A DNA stretch of 29,805 nt from a virus. Lineage: Duplodnaviria > Caudoviricetes. The position numbers were made by a program, and so were the translations under genes. The stretch is taken from positions 1 through 29,805 of IMG/VR virus record IMGVR_UViG_3300007778_000024. One strand, 5' to 3'. The notes under the pieces are model-generated. The model searched no databases, had not been told where the DNA came from, and saw nothing but the letters and a program-made list of their open reading frames with translations. Below, piece after piece: positions 1 through 9,699 of this stretch (position 1 is its first letter; each line of letters begins with the position of its first letter).

Positions 1-3000
1 ATAACCTTAGAATCAGGCTCATCGGTGCCGAGAATGATCGCGTACTCTTCGTTCGCTTTGAGAAAGACGGGGTAGTCGAACTCAATCATCGTCGGCAAGC
101 CGTCCGTTGCCATGTCGGGATTAACCACAACGCTTGAACGCGGAATAACCTGCTCAATCAAAGTGTCTTGAGTCGGCACACCGTTTTCCGTTTTCACGAT
201 CATGCAGAACAAGTTTTCATTGCCAACCGCCGTAAACCACACAGCGAACTTGGTGATGTAACGTGACTCTGCAAGCGTGAAAGTCTGAGCCAATGGATCG
301 CGACCAGCCGCTAAACGACACCGCAGCTTACGTGAGGCAAGCTCACGATTCGCCCCCACCATAAACTCTGCCTCAAGCTGAGCAGGCGTAGCAGTTTTGA
401 GGCGACGCATCCAATGAATGAAGCCGTTATAGTCCGGTTTACGACCTAAGACATTCCTGTAAGCATTTACAACGGTGTTACGGTCAGTGACGCTGTTGTT
501 ACCGGCAACTGCCTGTCCAATCGTGTAGCTAGTACTACGAATATCGGAATACACCGAGTTTCCGCTTGGCGTTACCGGAACACGACGAACCGGTGGTCGC
601 GCGTTAACACGATTAGTTATAAGCGACTTAACTGAGTCAGAGATCGACTTAATCACACGCGTTATTGGTGCTGGCGAACGTGGTGATGCGCTAACTGTAG
701 GCTCACCGACATACACGGTTTTACCTTTCTCAACCGTCTTAGTCATCGTCGTCGAGATCATAGTCTGCACGTTAGCGGTGGTTTTCACGCCAACAGTTGA
801 GACTTTGATCTCACCGCGACCGGTATAGGTCGACTCACCCTTCTGACCGTACTCTCCAAAGAATTCAACAGGGTATGAACCCGATGGACGTCCCTTGGGC
901 ACCATGAAAGTACCGCGCACAACGCCGTTGGCATCAGCAACAATCAATCCATCCAGTAGACCGTCGACACTATCAGAAATGTCCTCGCCGCCGAATAAAA
1001 CCGTATTTAGCGGCTCGTTCGGTGCGAAATTCTGTATGACAAAGCCAACCTCACGGTGACGAAGCTCTTGGTCGATCTCTGTACTGAGCTTTTCTGTACG
1101 CTGCTCTTTCAAGTTGACCGACGTTTTCGCCTTGGTTTTAACATCTGCGGTAACTTTTTGAGTCGACGCAGCGAGTGAAGAAACCACACCGTCAGCGACC
1201 AACTTGTTCGCGTAAGTGCTATTTTCCGTGATGTACCAGTAGGAATTCGCTTGCGAATAGCTGAACAAGCCGAAATGCTTAGCACCCTTAAATTTCGAGA
1301 GTGCGGGATTTTGGTTCAAATTCAAATCAAGACGCGTCGACGTATTAATAGCGGTCGAGCCTATATTTGATACGTACGCGCTGATTGAATCACCACTGCG
1401 CACAATACGCATCGTTATGCCTGCTGAATAATTATTCCAGTTATCAGGACTCGGGCGCGCAACTTTACTTGAACCTTCTACGAGCACGATCTGGTCGTTC
1501 TGGCGGTAGTTATAGTAAATTCGCCATGTCCAGCCTGCTTTGTCGTTGTTTCTAACCGCTGATATGTTATGCCACTTCCCGTTAGCATCGCGATGGGCAC
1601 AGATAACTAAACCGATTCGGTCATTATCCGCTGACGTAGACGTAAGCTTAGCTGCAAATTTAAAGCGATCAGCTTTGTCTTTGAAGATCAAAGCAGCACC
1701 CGCGTTGGTGTTTGTTGAGTAACGAAACTTATCCGTCGCCCGATCATAACTCCAATTGGTTGCCTCACTGGTTTCATGCCAGTTGTTGCCCGCTTGCGCC
1801 GCTGTTCTCCAATAGCCAGAAAACATGTCGTAAAACTTCGCGCGCTTGCCTGTTTTGGGGTTAATCAAATTCGACACGTCGGGCTGAGTCTTAACTCGTG
1901 TACGACCATCAATGACACGCTCAGATTTTTGTATTGCTACATTGTTACGCGTGTTCACGATAGTCGACACGCTTACGCGCTCAGCTTCACGAGTCCACGT
2001 ATCCACTGAAGGGTTGAGCTTTACAACAACCGCTTTGGGCGCAAAAGATGTATACTGGTTAACTTGCAATTCGGTTGTCTGAGAGTCGATTTTAAACAGG
2101 CTTTCGTGACTAAAGTCAGGGTTAAAACCCAACCCATCGTCATTATCTATGTTAAAAGACTGCACAAGCGTCTGATCGTATGGAAGCGTCAAAACCTCTT
2201 TAACCGCGTCTACGAATGCATCGTTTTCCAAGCCTTCGTCACGCAGATCGTCATTCAAAAAGTTGTCAATGAACAGACCTTTTGACGCCATTAGCCCATC
2301 GTCGAGAATACGTTGCCGGTTGCGCTGTAGTGCTAGCTCTTCATACAGTGTGAGCACTGAGTCCTTCATACGCTGTAGCTGATATACAGGTACAACACGT
2401 GGAGCGCTCGCGGTGACTTGAGGCATCGACAATGCATCTTCAATACTAATCAGCGCGAGTGAAACTGACTCATCCGGTGTTGATGGTGGATACGCCTCAC
2501 CCTCATGCAAAATCGAGGGTACAAGAGATAAACGACCCGTTGCATCCAGAACGAGTCGATCCATGCGTGGGAAAACTGTACCCATCGAGAATCGTACCGT
2601 GACGTCCTCTCCGCGTATGACTTCAATACCCTCGACGTGCGCTTTACCTTCTGCGACTTTGAGAAAGTAGTAATCTTCGCTCTCGTCTTTAGCAATAATC
2701 GACACGGTCAAACCGTTTGTAACATAGTTGCCGTTTACGCGCGCGTCATAGCGCTGCAACGTCTTGGGTGCATTTTCTTTGATGTACGCGGCGTCATGTG
2801 ATGAGACAAGCTCGTAATCTTTCAGCGTGTACAGCGGGTAGAACGTCGTACCTAACTCTGCGCTTGTTGAGCGACCCCACTGCGCCGTCGCAGGTGTTAC
2901 ACCTGTATCAACCCAAATACCGAGCGAGACTTCACCCTCTACAGGTACAGTGATCGCAGCACCTACGAAAGAGACAATACCTGCCGAATCTGACTTAACA

Positions 3001-3605
3001 GCGCCAGCCGATAGAATGACCTCATCACCGCCTTCAACAGTCTGTGCCGTTACACGTCCGATCACTTGACCTTCACGAAGCTTGCCAGCATAAGCAGCAT
3101 TAATTTTGGTGTTCAGGTCGGTGACGATTGTCGAGTGCGCAGTTAGATCGTCAATGTGCTGATCGACTGTGCCGTCTGAAATATTCACAGAAAACACGTC
3201 AGATGCGCTGAAGCTTGTTAGCGCAATCAACACACGAAACGTCAGCGCTGAATCAGGGTTATACACAATCAAGCCGTCAACGGGCTGTGCAATTGCAATA
3301 AGAACACGCGAACCGACGTTGTTATCCGCGTATAAGTAAATTTCACCAACAGTTATCGGTTCAGGTGTCTGCGCGCTTGGAATCGTACACACGTATTCGA
3401 TCACGTTCGGGTTAGTCGCATTAGCGCCACCCGTCGCACCCACGTAAAATTCCGTGTTGATTGAGCTGAGTGTACGAGACGCCGCAAACTCGCCTGCCGT
3501 CTCACTCACACCGAACGCGTTTGGTACGAGCTTCCAACCGCCGCTTGCGCCAGACGTAATCGCGCTTAGACCCTCTGTTGTGAGAATCGATGTAGTAGTT
3601 GCCAT
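1..3605 (-). CDS. Large baseplate/tail-fibre protein (>1200 aa, C-terminus beyond window start): N-terminal tail collar/fibre-anchor domain, DUF4815-like body, lectin-like insert and DUF4214-like insert
   Basis: Not in the ORF track because there is no stop in the window. Translated by hand from ATG at 3605 (GAGGA upstream) in one frame to the edge: MATTTSILTTEGLSAITSG...VGEIYLY...LQRYDARVNGNYVTNGL...AEGKAHVEGIEV...PRMDRLVLD...KGLFIDNFLNDDLRDEG...VNQYTSFAP...LNPSVDTW...ADANGVVRGTFMVPKGRPSG...RDPLAQTFTL...ENGVPT. These motifs resemble DUF4815-type phage structural proteins. Confidence 0.85.
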   Translation of the reverse strand, partial: MATTTSILTTEGLSAITSGASGGWKLVPNAFGVSETAGEFAASRTLSSINTEFYVGATGGANATNPNVIEYVCTIPSAQTPEPITVGEIYLYADNNVGSRVLIAIAQPVDGLIVYNPDSALTFRVLIALTSFSASDVFSVNISDGTVDQHIDDLTAHSTIVTDLNTKINAAYAGKLREGQVIGRVTAQTVEGGDEVILSAGAVKSDSAGIVSFVGAAITVPVEGEVSLGIWVDTGVTPATAQWGRSTSAELGTTFYPLYTLKDYELVSSHDAAYIKENAPKTLQRYDARVNGNYVTNGLTVSIIAKDESEDYYFLKVAEGKAHVEGIEVIRGEDVTVRFSMGTVFPRMDRLVLDATGRLSLVPSILHEGEAYPPSTPDESVSLALISIEDALSMPQVTASAPRVVPVYQLQRMKDSVLTLYEELALQRNRQRILDDGLMASKGLFIDNFLNDDLRDEGLENDAFVDAVKEVLTLPYDQTLVQSFNIDNDDGLGFNPDFSHESLFKIDSQTTELQVNQYTSFAPKAVVVKLNPSVDTWTREAERVSVSTIVNTRNNVAIQKSERVIDGRTRVKTQPDVSNLINPKTGKRAKFYDMFSGYWRTAAQAGNNWHETSEATNWSYDRATDKFRYSTNTNAGAALIFKDKADRFKFAAKLTSTSADNDRIGLVICAHRDANGKWHNISAVRNNDKAGWTWRIYYNYRQNDQIVLVEGSSKVARPSPDNWNNYSAGITMRIVRSGDSISAYVSNIGSTAINTSTRLDLNLNQNPALSKFKGAKHFGLFSYSQANSYWYITENSTYANKLVADGVVSSLAASTQKVTADVKTKAKTSVNLKEQRTEKLSTEIDQELRHREVGFVIQNFAPNEPLNTVLFGGEDISDSVDGLLDGLIVADANGVVRGTFMVPKGRPSGSYPVEFFGEYGQKGESTYTGRGEIKVSTVGVKTTANVQTMISTTMTKTVEKGKTVYVGEPTVSASPRSPAPITRVIKSISDSVKSLITNRVNARPPVRRVPVTPSGNSVYSDIRSTSYTIGQAVAGNNSVTDRNTVVNAYRNVLGRKPDYNGFIHWMRRLKTATPAQLEAEFMVGANRELASRKLRCRLAAGRDPLAQTFTLAESRYITKFAVWFTAVGNENLFCMIVKTENGVPTQDTLIEQVIPRSSVVVNPDMATDGLPTMIEFDYPVFLKANEEYAIILGTDEPDSKV

Positions 3606-3625
3606 GAATTTTGTTCCTCAGAGAT

Positions 3626-4801
3626 CTAATCAGAGACGTTTATGTCGTAAATCTGCTCAATCGCGCCGCCAACCATGAAGCGAGCGGGCGTAGTGGTAGT
3701 GCCAACAACAACTTGACGCGGCAAGAAATTGACGGCGGTATAAAGCGGTTGGTCGATCATGTTGATAATCACACCGTACTCGCGTAAGAGCGGGTAGACA
3801 TACGCTCTGAAAAACTGGCGTACCTTCTCAGCTGTCTGGAAATTCACGCGATTGTCTTCACGTGTTAAGTCGATTTCAATGCGGTACGTCGATGGGATTC
3901 GATCAACCTCTTCGACCTCATCAAACCACTCGACTATCGTCACAAACTGACGCAAATCCAGCAGATCAAGGATGAAATCGACACCTTGGCGTGACCCCTT
4001 GAGTCGATGAATCGACAGCAAGAAAGTCTTAAAAGTGACTATTTCAATGGGACTCAGCTCAAGGATATCGAGAATGTATCCGTAGCCCATCTCACGAATC
4101 AATGCGACGTGGTCTATCGCCAGTTCAGCAAACGCCTCTTCATTTAACTGCACACCTTTGAACGTGTGCTTGAATGGGCGGTAAAGCTGGACAACATACT
4201 CGTTGCCTTGCTCGACATTTAGAAGCGTCGATTGGTGCGGGCGATTTCGATGATAGGTAAGACCGGTGGATTTTTCAGTAATACGCTTAATCGCAAGGTC
4301 GCGATACGCTGAAATGGTGCCACGAATGACAACACGGTGGTAACCGCTGGAGCGAATACGATAGGTCGAGCCTTGGTTAAAATAACCACTACGCTGCGCG
4401 TCGTAATCCTCATTATCAATGATCTCGACAATCGAGAGACCTGCGTAGGCATTTTCAATAGCTGCTATCGTCTGTAGCGAGTCGACACCTGCAACAACTT
4501 CAAAATCAGTGTCAGGCTCTAGGTCGAATACCTGCTCTCGATGGGAGATTAGGGGTGGATTAAATGATAAAGGTGCGATCCACTGGGGAATCGTCACATT
4601 TTTAAAATCAACCTCATGCTCGATATTAAAAACAGGCACATCCTGATACAGCGACCACTTATCTTTCACTAACGAAATCTGTGGCGCTGCACTTAAAATA
4701 TCCCGCTGTAGCGTGTCATCTAACAACTCAACAATGATCTTATAGAGTGGCTGTTCAAGTAATTTTTCAGGCACATACGCCTTCACATCAAACTTGCGCA
4801 T
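3626..4801 (-). CDS. Baseplate wedge protein, P2 gpI/T4 gp7-like
   Basis: 391 aa with gpI-type motif HRLKGSRQGVDFILDLL...IVEWFD; lies between the gp6-like gene and the fibre gene; GAGG upstream. Confidence 0.7.
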   Translation of the reverse strand: MRKFDVKAYVPEKLLEQPLYKIIVELLDDTLQRDILSAAPQISLVKDKWSLYQDVPVFNIEHEVDFKNVTIPQWIAPLSFNPPLISHREQVFDLEPDTDFEVVAGVDSLQTIAAIENAYAGLSIVEIIDNEDYDAQRSGYFNQGSTYRIRSSGYHRVVIRGTISAYRDLAIKRITEKSTGLTYHRNRPHQSTLLNVEQGNEYVVQLYRPFKHTFKGVQLNEEAFAELAIDHVALIREMGYGYILDILELSPIEIVTFKTFLLSIHRLKGSRQGVDFILDLLDLRQFVTIVEWFDEVEEVDRIPSTYRIEIDLTREDNRVNFQTAEKVRQFFRAYVYPLLREYGVIINMIDQPLYTAVNFLPRQVVVGTTTTPARFMVGGAIEQIYDINVSD

Positions 4802-4824
4802 GTCAGAACCTCAAGAGGGAAGAG

Positions 4825-6186
4825 TTAGGTGAGCGTGACTTGTACGTCTGAGAACTGCAAAAATTGATTCCACGCCAACGCGAGATCATCTACGTTACTG
4901 AGTGTGACACGTGCAACTTTGACGTAATCGAGCGAGTTGCACTCATACTCAATATCTTCAAGCGTCACGACTCGACCAAGCTTCAACTCAAACTTAGACA
5001 CCAACTCAATAAGATCGTCTTGAATCTGCGGTGTTGTCACTTTGCCGACAAACTCATTTAGCAGTTTTATCTGGACATTAATCACCGGCTCAATCATTGA
5101 TGACGCAACGATTTGCGGCGGCATAACGCCAAAGCTGCGATGCACGGCTAACTTCTCAGTCAGCTCATCAATCTCGCCAATAGTCATCGCTGAGAGATCG
5201 GACTTTATATAGCTCAATCGAACGATTGAGGGTTCAGGATCAGATGCCGCAACGTCGATTAGATCGGGTGCGTAGACTCGCAAGAGTTTCATGTAATCGT
5301 CACGTCCACGAATAACGTGTGCTACTTCATGTTGGAGCGGTGCTTTAAAGCGAATCTCATCTAACGTATCTGGCTCATAATACGGCGTTTGCAGAATGAT
5401 CTCTGAGAACGTACCGATCACAGGCTTGAAGGAAGTCAGATCTAGCTCAACATGGTTTTCAAGACGCACATACGTCAGATTTAACGTGGAACCGGCTTTA
5501 TACGGGTACTTCGAGTCTGTATTTTTGTGCAGAATATCAATCGAGCCAAACGCGTTGGTCAATGTCACGTAGTGATCGTTGATTAGATCAAGCACCTGAG
5601 TCGACAATGGAATCTCTTGACCATCTAGCGTCAGATCAAAATCTTCGGAGACAAGCGGCGATTCCATGCGAAACACACGCTCTTTAGCTGTCGTGATTTG
5701 ATACGTATCTTGCGCAAGTGAGCCAAGTACACACTTAACTTCCGTCGCGATTCCCGCAACAAGCTCCTGATTTTCGAGAACTAGAACCGGTACAACAACG
5801 TTGCCTGCGGTGACTTCACCGATTTTGTTAAATCGCTTAAGGATTGCAGACGTGGCGGACGTCATGGTGATTTTTACGTGAGTATTTCGACCACGATAGG
5901 ATGAGTAGCCCAACGTCTCCGCGATAGCGCGACCCGACGAGTCAAGTAGCGCATTGTGTAAATACGTTTCTCGGCGGTTAGCCAGAGCAGTGTATGAAAG
6001 AAATGACCCTAACGCAGAGATTAACTCAATCAAGGTTTCGCCTGAACCGGACTCGTTGAAGTCTTTCCAGACCGCTTGATTGACATCGGCACTCGCGCCT
6101 GTTTCGATCTGGGAGCTGACGTATTTCTTTAGATCGTCGCGGATCTTTTCAAAGCTAACGCTTTTGCGGCTTATGATTTGTGACAT
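4825..6186 (-). CDS. Baseplate wedge protein, T4 gp6/P2 gpJ-like
   Basis: 453 aa; SFEKIRDDLKKY...WKDFNESGSGETLIELIS...ETYLHNA...AETLGY and DTLDEIRFKAP...RDDY motifs; follows gp25. Confidence 0.85.
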   Translation of the reverse strand: MSQIISRKSVSFEKIRDDLKKYVSSQIETGASADVNQAVWKDFNESGSGETLIELISALGSFLSYTALANRRETYLHNALLDSSGRAIAETLGYSSYRGRNTHVKITMTSATSAILKRFNKIGEVTAGNVVVPVLVLENQELVAGIATEVKCVLGSLAQDTYQITTAKERVFRMESPLVSEDFDLTLDGQEIPLSTQVLDLINDHYVTLTNAFGSIDILHKNTDSKYPYKAGSTLNLTYVRLENHVELDLTSFKPVIGTFSEIILQTPYYEPDTLDEIRFKAPLQHEVAHVIRGRDDYMKLLRVYAPDLIDVAASDPEPSIVRLSYIKSDLSAMTIGEIDELTEKLAVHRSFGVMPPQIVASSMIEPVINVQIKLLNEFVGKVTTPQIQDDLIELVSKFELKLGRVVTLEDIEYECNSLDYVKVARVTLSNVDDLALAWNQFLQFSDVQVTLT

Positions 6187-6197
6187 TTCAAGATCCT

Positions 6198-6602
6198 TTA
6201 CTCAGGGCGATGAATAGTGCCGGTATATTCGAATTTTTCCGGTGATAAGCCTTTGATCGAAAAGACGAGTCTGATGTAGTACGTGTGAGAGTCGACGTCA
6301 GGTAAAACAGTCGAGCTGCCATAATCAACAATAATTCGCGTCTCCCACTGCTCGACGGCTTCAAAGACCTGCGAAAGTATGGTGTTAGACGTAATATCGT
6401 CCATCAGCTCAAACAGAACGTCTTCAAACTGAGCACCGAATTCAGGTAGAAATAATCGCTCGCCTTTGCGCGTTTGTATAATGTTGTCGATTGACTGGCT
6501 TATAGCAGCAACGTCTTTCACAATGCCTAAATCTTTTGCGGGCGCGTCGGTCGTAAGCTTTGTTTTTTGAATTGTATTATTAACGTCGGAATAGAGCGCC
6601 AT
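6198..6602 (-). CDS. Baseplate wedge/sheath initiator, gp25/GPW family
   Basis: 134 aa; SIDNIIQTRKGERLFLPEFG...LFE...WETRI motif; GGAGG RBS. Confidence 0.92.
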   Translation of the reverse strand: MALYSDVNNTIQKTKLTTDAPAKDLGIVKDVAAISQSIDNIIQTRKGERLFLPEFGAQFEDVLFELMDDITSNTILSQVFEAVEQWETRIIVDYGSSTVLPDVDSHTYYIRLVFSIKGLSPEKFEYTGTIHRPE

Positions 6603-6604
6603 GC

Positions 6605-6889
6605 TTAACCTCCTGCCAACACGTCACCGGAACCTGCTGCGATGCCTGATCCGCAATCGACTGGGTCACCAATGCGTGCCAGTTGTAGCGAGTTTGCATA
6701 CACGGTGCCTGAACCCGCAGAGGTCGACCCACCGTGACAAACGACACAGCAATGAGTATTCCAACCATCTGTTTGACGATGTGCGGGTAGGGAGTTCACC
6801 AAAACGTCGCCTGAACCTGCGGCATTCGGTCGACCGCCAAAGCAGCCGTGCCCCGTACACCCATCACCTAATCGCGTAACTGGCGGCAT
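6605..6889 (-). CDS. PAAR-repeat spike tip protein (T4 gp5.4-like)
   Basis: 94 aa; TRLGDGCTGHGC, PAHRQTD, HCC, LARIGDPVDCGS, GSGDV motifs; GGGGAGGG RBS. Confidence 0.93.
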   Translation of the reverse strand: MPPVTRLGDGCTGHGCFGGRPNAAGSGDVLVNSLPAHRQTDGWNTHCCVVCHGGSTSAGSGTVYANSLQLARIGDPVDCGSGIAAGSGDVLAGG

Positions 6890-6906
6890 AAGCCCTCCCC
6901 GTAAAA

Positions 6907-7677
6907 TTATCCGAATCGCATCTTTCCAAGAACAGAACCGGCAACGCCTTCAATTTTGGTTGTCACGGATGCAACTTGCGTATCCATTGTCGTAATACGC
7001 GCTTGTGCACTCGCACTCAAAGGCGCTGTATTTAACACGTGAGTCGGGCTAAACCCTTTCGATGTAATGCCCAATGCAGCCGACTGCGCTTCAACGCGCG
7101 CCATTAGCTGTTCTGCATCATTATTGATTGCTCCCGTGCACAACACGTTTGCGGCGGCGCGCCACTGCTCGATAGATCCGAGCAGATTCGGGAACGGTGT
7201 CGCTTCACCTACGAGTCTCAAGTCGTCAAAAAAGCTGAACACGTCCAAATTCGCCATTAGCTCTGACGTCAGTTGCGAGACCATCAGCTTAACGGCGTTA
7301 TCGGTTGCTACCATCGGAATCTGTAGCGCTTCAAGAATCGGAAACTGACCGAGTCTGAGTTGCAAACACTCCCACAAGTCAGGAACGTCAGAGTAAGTGA
7401 GGTTGTCGAGCCAATCGGCGTATTCGGAAAACTCCGAATCGCTCGCTGCCATAAGCCTGCCTTCAAGGTCACCTCCAAAGCCCTGAATCGCTGCACCAAT
7501 CGAGGCGGGGTCAAGAGTTTGCGCGAGATCGAAAATTCCGTCGAAATCGCCCAGCTTTCCGTCAAGGTCATACAATAACTTTGTAGCCGCACCTTGAAAC
7601 AGCTGATATTGCCCGCCGACAAGATCTTGGATGCGAGAACACAACAGATCATCGCATCGAATCGTGAGATCGCTCAT
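6907..7677 (-). CDS. Hypothetical helical baseplate-region protein
   Basis: 256-aa ORF tightly packed in the operon; no family recognised. Confidence 0.7.
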   Translation of the reverse strand: MSDLTIRCDDLLCSRIQDLVGGQYQLFQGAATKLLYDLDGKLGDFDGIFDLAQTLDPASIGAAIQGFGGDLEGRLMAASDSEFSEYADWLDNLTYSDVPDLWECLQLRLGQFPILEALQIPMVATDNAVKLMVSQLTSELMANLDVFSFFDDLRLVGEATPFPNLLGSIEQWRAAANVLCTGAINNDAEQLMARVEAQSAALGITSKGFSPTHVLNTAPLSASAQARITTMDTQVASVTTKIEGVAGSVLGKMRFG

Positions 7678-7688
7678 GTGAATTTTCT

Positions 7689-9440
7689 CTATGGGTTCAT
7701 CGTTATGAGTGTTGCACGTTCAAGCAGCGTTCCACCGGAAATCACGGTGATATCTGAACCAGCGGTGATGTCGAGCATCGACGCAATAATGAAGTCAAAA
7801 TCAGCCGTCGCAAACAGACCACGCTTGAAGCGCCCGCCCCACGCGGGTGAAGATTTGTCGTGTAGAATTATTCCTGATCCGCAGTTCAACGTCCCGCACC
7901 CTTCGGCAATGAAAACACCTGTTGCAGACACTGTCCCTGAGACATTTGAAAGCACACCAAAGCCGCCATTTACCGTAGCAGAACCTGCACTCACACTGAC
8001 AAGACGTGCATATTTTGCAGTCACCGTCGCACTGCCTGCTGACGTTTCAATTAGGGCGATATCAACACCCGAAAGCGTTGCATCAGCGCATGAGGCTTTT
8101 GTGATACTGACGAACTTGGAACTCGTCGTCAGCGAGGCTGAAACGGTTAGCTCAGTTGCTCTGAGTGATGTCGTATCGCACGTGAAGCCTGCACCGATGG
8201 TTGCATTAGCGATAGTCGCCTCTGTACCCTTAATCTTCGCATCTGTCGCGGTTGTTAGCTTCTCTAAGCGCGTCGCTACGGCGTCAATGTCGACGCCTTG
8301 TTGTGTCTTTGTTTCTTGCAACGTAATGCCATGTCCTGCAAACGTCAGCGACTTGAGCGCACCCTTCTCAATCAACGTATTGCGCCCGTTAATCCCGACC
8401 GTTTCAGCCGAACCTACGCGCATGACAACGTCGCAATCCGTTAGCGTCAGGTTTCTGCACGTGTAGTTTGAAACGTGAAATGCACCATTCGTAACCGTCG
8501 TGTGCCCTGCCATTGTGAATTTACGTGAAATCACATCAGCATCAGTGACCGTAATGTCTGCAACGGAGCTGTCAGACTCGACGAGGTGAAGATTCCCACC
8601 GTTAGCAACGGTGATCGACCCGCCCATCGACGTCTGCATCAGCGCCACGCTCGACTCTTGTGCGTCGATGAATGTACCAGATCCACTTACACTGGACTGC
8701 GCAACAGATACGCGAGTATCAAATGCGCTTACAAATTTGTCAGAATACGTGCCTGAAACATTACGTACTTCGACGTCGCAATCCACAGCGTCTTTAACAA
8801 AAGAGGTGCAAGTGAGCGATACACCTTCAACGTAAATATCGCAGTCTTTCGCTACATCGACGAAGTTATCAACCGTCAGAGACCCGTTGGTTGCCCGAAT
8901 CGTGCAGCCGTTGAGGTCTTTAAGCGCAGTATTCGCTCCCCATACCGTTGTCGCGGTGTACATCACGGTGCAATTCGTCAACGTCTTCAGATCACCTGAG
9001 ATTCGTCCCGTACCTTGCACCATGATGTCCAAGTTCGAAATCGTCTCTGCGGCTTTAATGTCTGAGTCATCAAAACAGATAATGCGCGCACGGTTCGGCG
9101 CACTGCCAGTGATTTTATCCACCACCGACTGATACAAAATCACCGTACAGTCGTGAGAAATCACTAGCTCATTGACTTGACAGCGAACCAACCGGTACGT
9201 TTGGTGCTTCGGCGTGACGTTTTTTAAATATGGCTGGCGCGCCTCTTCGTCAAGCTCATCTGGCGGCTCAATTTTGAGCGTGCCTGACTTCGAGTGAAAC
9301 GAAAAGCTGTTTTGCGGTGCAAAGTCGCGGTAATTCTTGAACTGAAGGTCATCTTGATCGTATGCTCGGGGGTTTTCGTCAATCTCAAACTCGCGAACTT
9401 GCTCAAACGTTTGTTCGTTACGTTTTTCTTCCATAACCAC
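7689..9440 (-). CDS. Putative beta-helix/beta-solenoid structural protein with spike-like C-terminus
   Basis: 583 aa rich in T/S/V/I/G/C short strand-turn repeats; ends LDITAGSDITVISGGTLLERATLITMNP. Start may instead be ATG at 9434. Confidence 0.6.
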   Translation of the reverse strand: MVMEEKRNEQTFEQVREFEIDENPRAYDQDDLQFKNYRDFAPQNSFSFHSKSGTLKIEPPDELDEEARQPYLKNVTPKHQTYRLVRCQVNELVISHDCTVILYQSVVDKITGSAPNRARIICFDDSDIKAAETISNLDIMVQGTGRISGDLKTLTNCTVMYTATTVWGANTALKDLNGCTIRATNGSLTVDNFVDVAKDCDIYVEGVSLTCTSFVKDAVDCDVEVRNVSGTYSDKFVSAFDTRVSVAQSSVSGSGTFIDAQESSVALMQTSMGGSITVANGGNLHLVESDSSVADITVTDADVISRKFTMAGHTTVTNGAFHVSNYTCRNLTLTDCDVVMRVGSAETVGINGRNTLIEKGALKSLTFAGHGITLQETKTQQGVDIDAVATRLEKLTTATDAKIKGTEATIANATIGAGFTCDTTSLRATELTVSASLTTSSKFVSITKASCADATLSGVDIALIETSAGSATVTAKYARLVSVSAGSATVNGGFGVLSNVSGTVSATGVFIAEGCGTLNCGSGIILHDKSSPAWGGRFKRGLFATADFDFIIASMLDITAGSDITVISGGTLLERATLITMNP

Positions 9441-9451
9441 CCCAGTTGGCG

Positions 9452-9691
9452 CTAAGTTTTATCTAGCGCATCAATCAATCTCAAAACCCGTCGAGCCTGC
9501 GACTCAGTCGTCTCGCTCTCACTCACCGACAGCATCCTTTTCAAAATACCCACGGTGTACTGATAGAGAGCGTCACTGTCTGCGGGGAACTTTTTAGCGG
9601 CAATTTTCTTCGCCTTGTGCCAAAGCCGTTCGACTTCAGCAACCGACGTACCTGTCTGCTTAGCAAGCGGTTCAACAATAGCGGCGGGCAT
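9452..9691 (-). CDS. Small basic helical hypothetical phage protein
   Basis: 79 aa with strong GGAGG RBS; MPAAIV..LAKQTGTSVAEVERLWHKAK...YQYTVGILKRML. Confidence 0.75.
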   Translation of the reverse strand: MPAAIVEPLAKQTGTSVAEVERLWHKAKKIAAKKFPADSDALYQYTVGILKRMLSVSESETTESQARRVLRLIDALDKT

Positions 9692-9699
9692 AGTGCCTC

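Noticed and set aside
1540-3678. Short track ORFs on both strands in the first 3.7 kb
   Set aside because: All overlap the long minus-strand fibre ORF (1-3605), which explains the region.
4130-4650. Intein in the gpI-like protein (also considered for the sheath insertion)
   Set aside because: No C-terminal HN-C/S/T junction or LAGLIDADG motifs seen.
7594-8466. 290-aa plus-strand ORF
   Set aside because: Antisense shadow of the 583-aa beta-repeat gene; no recognisable motif.
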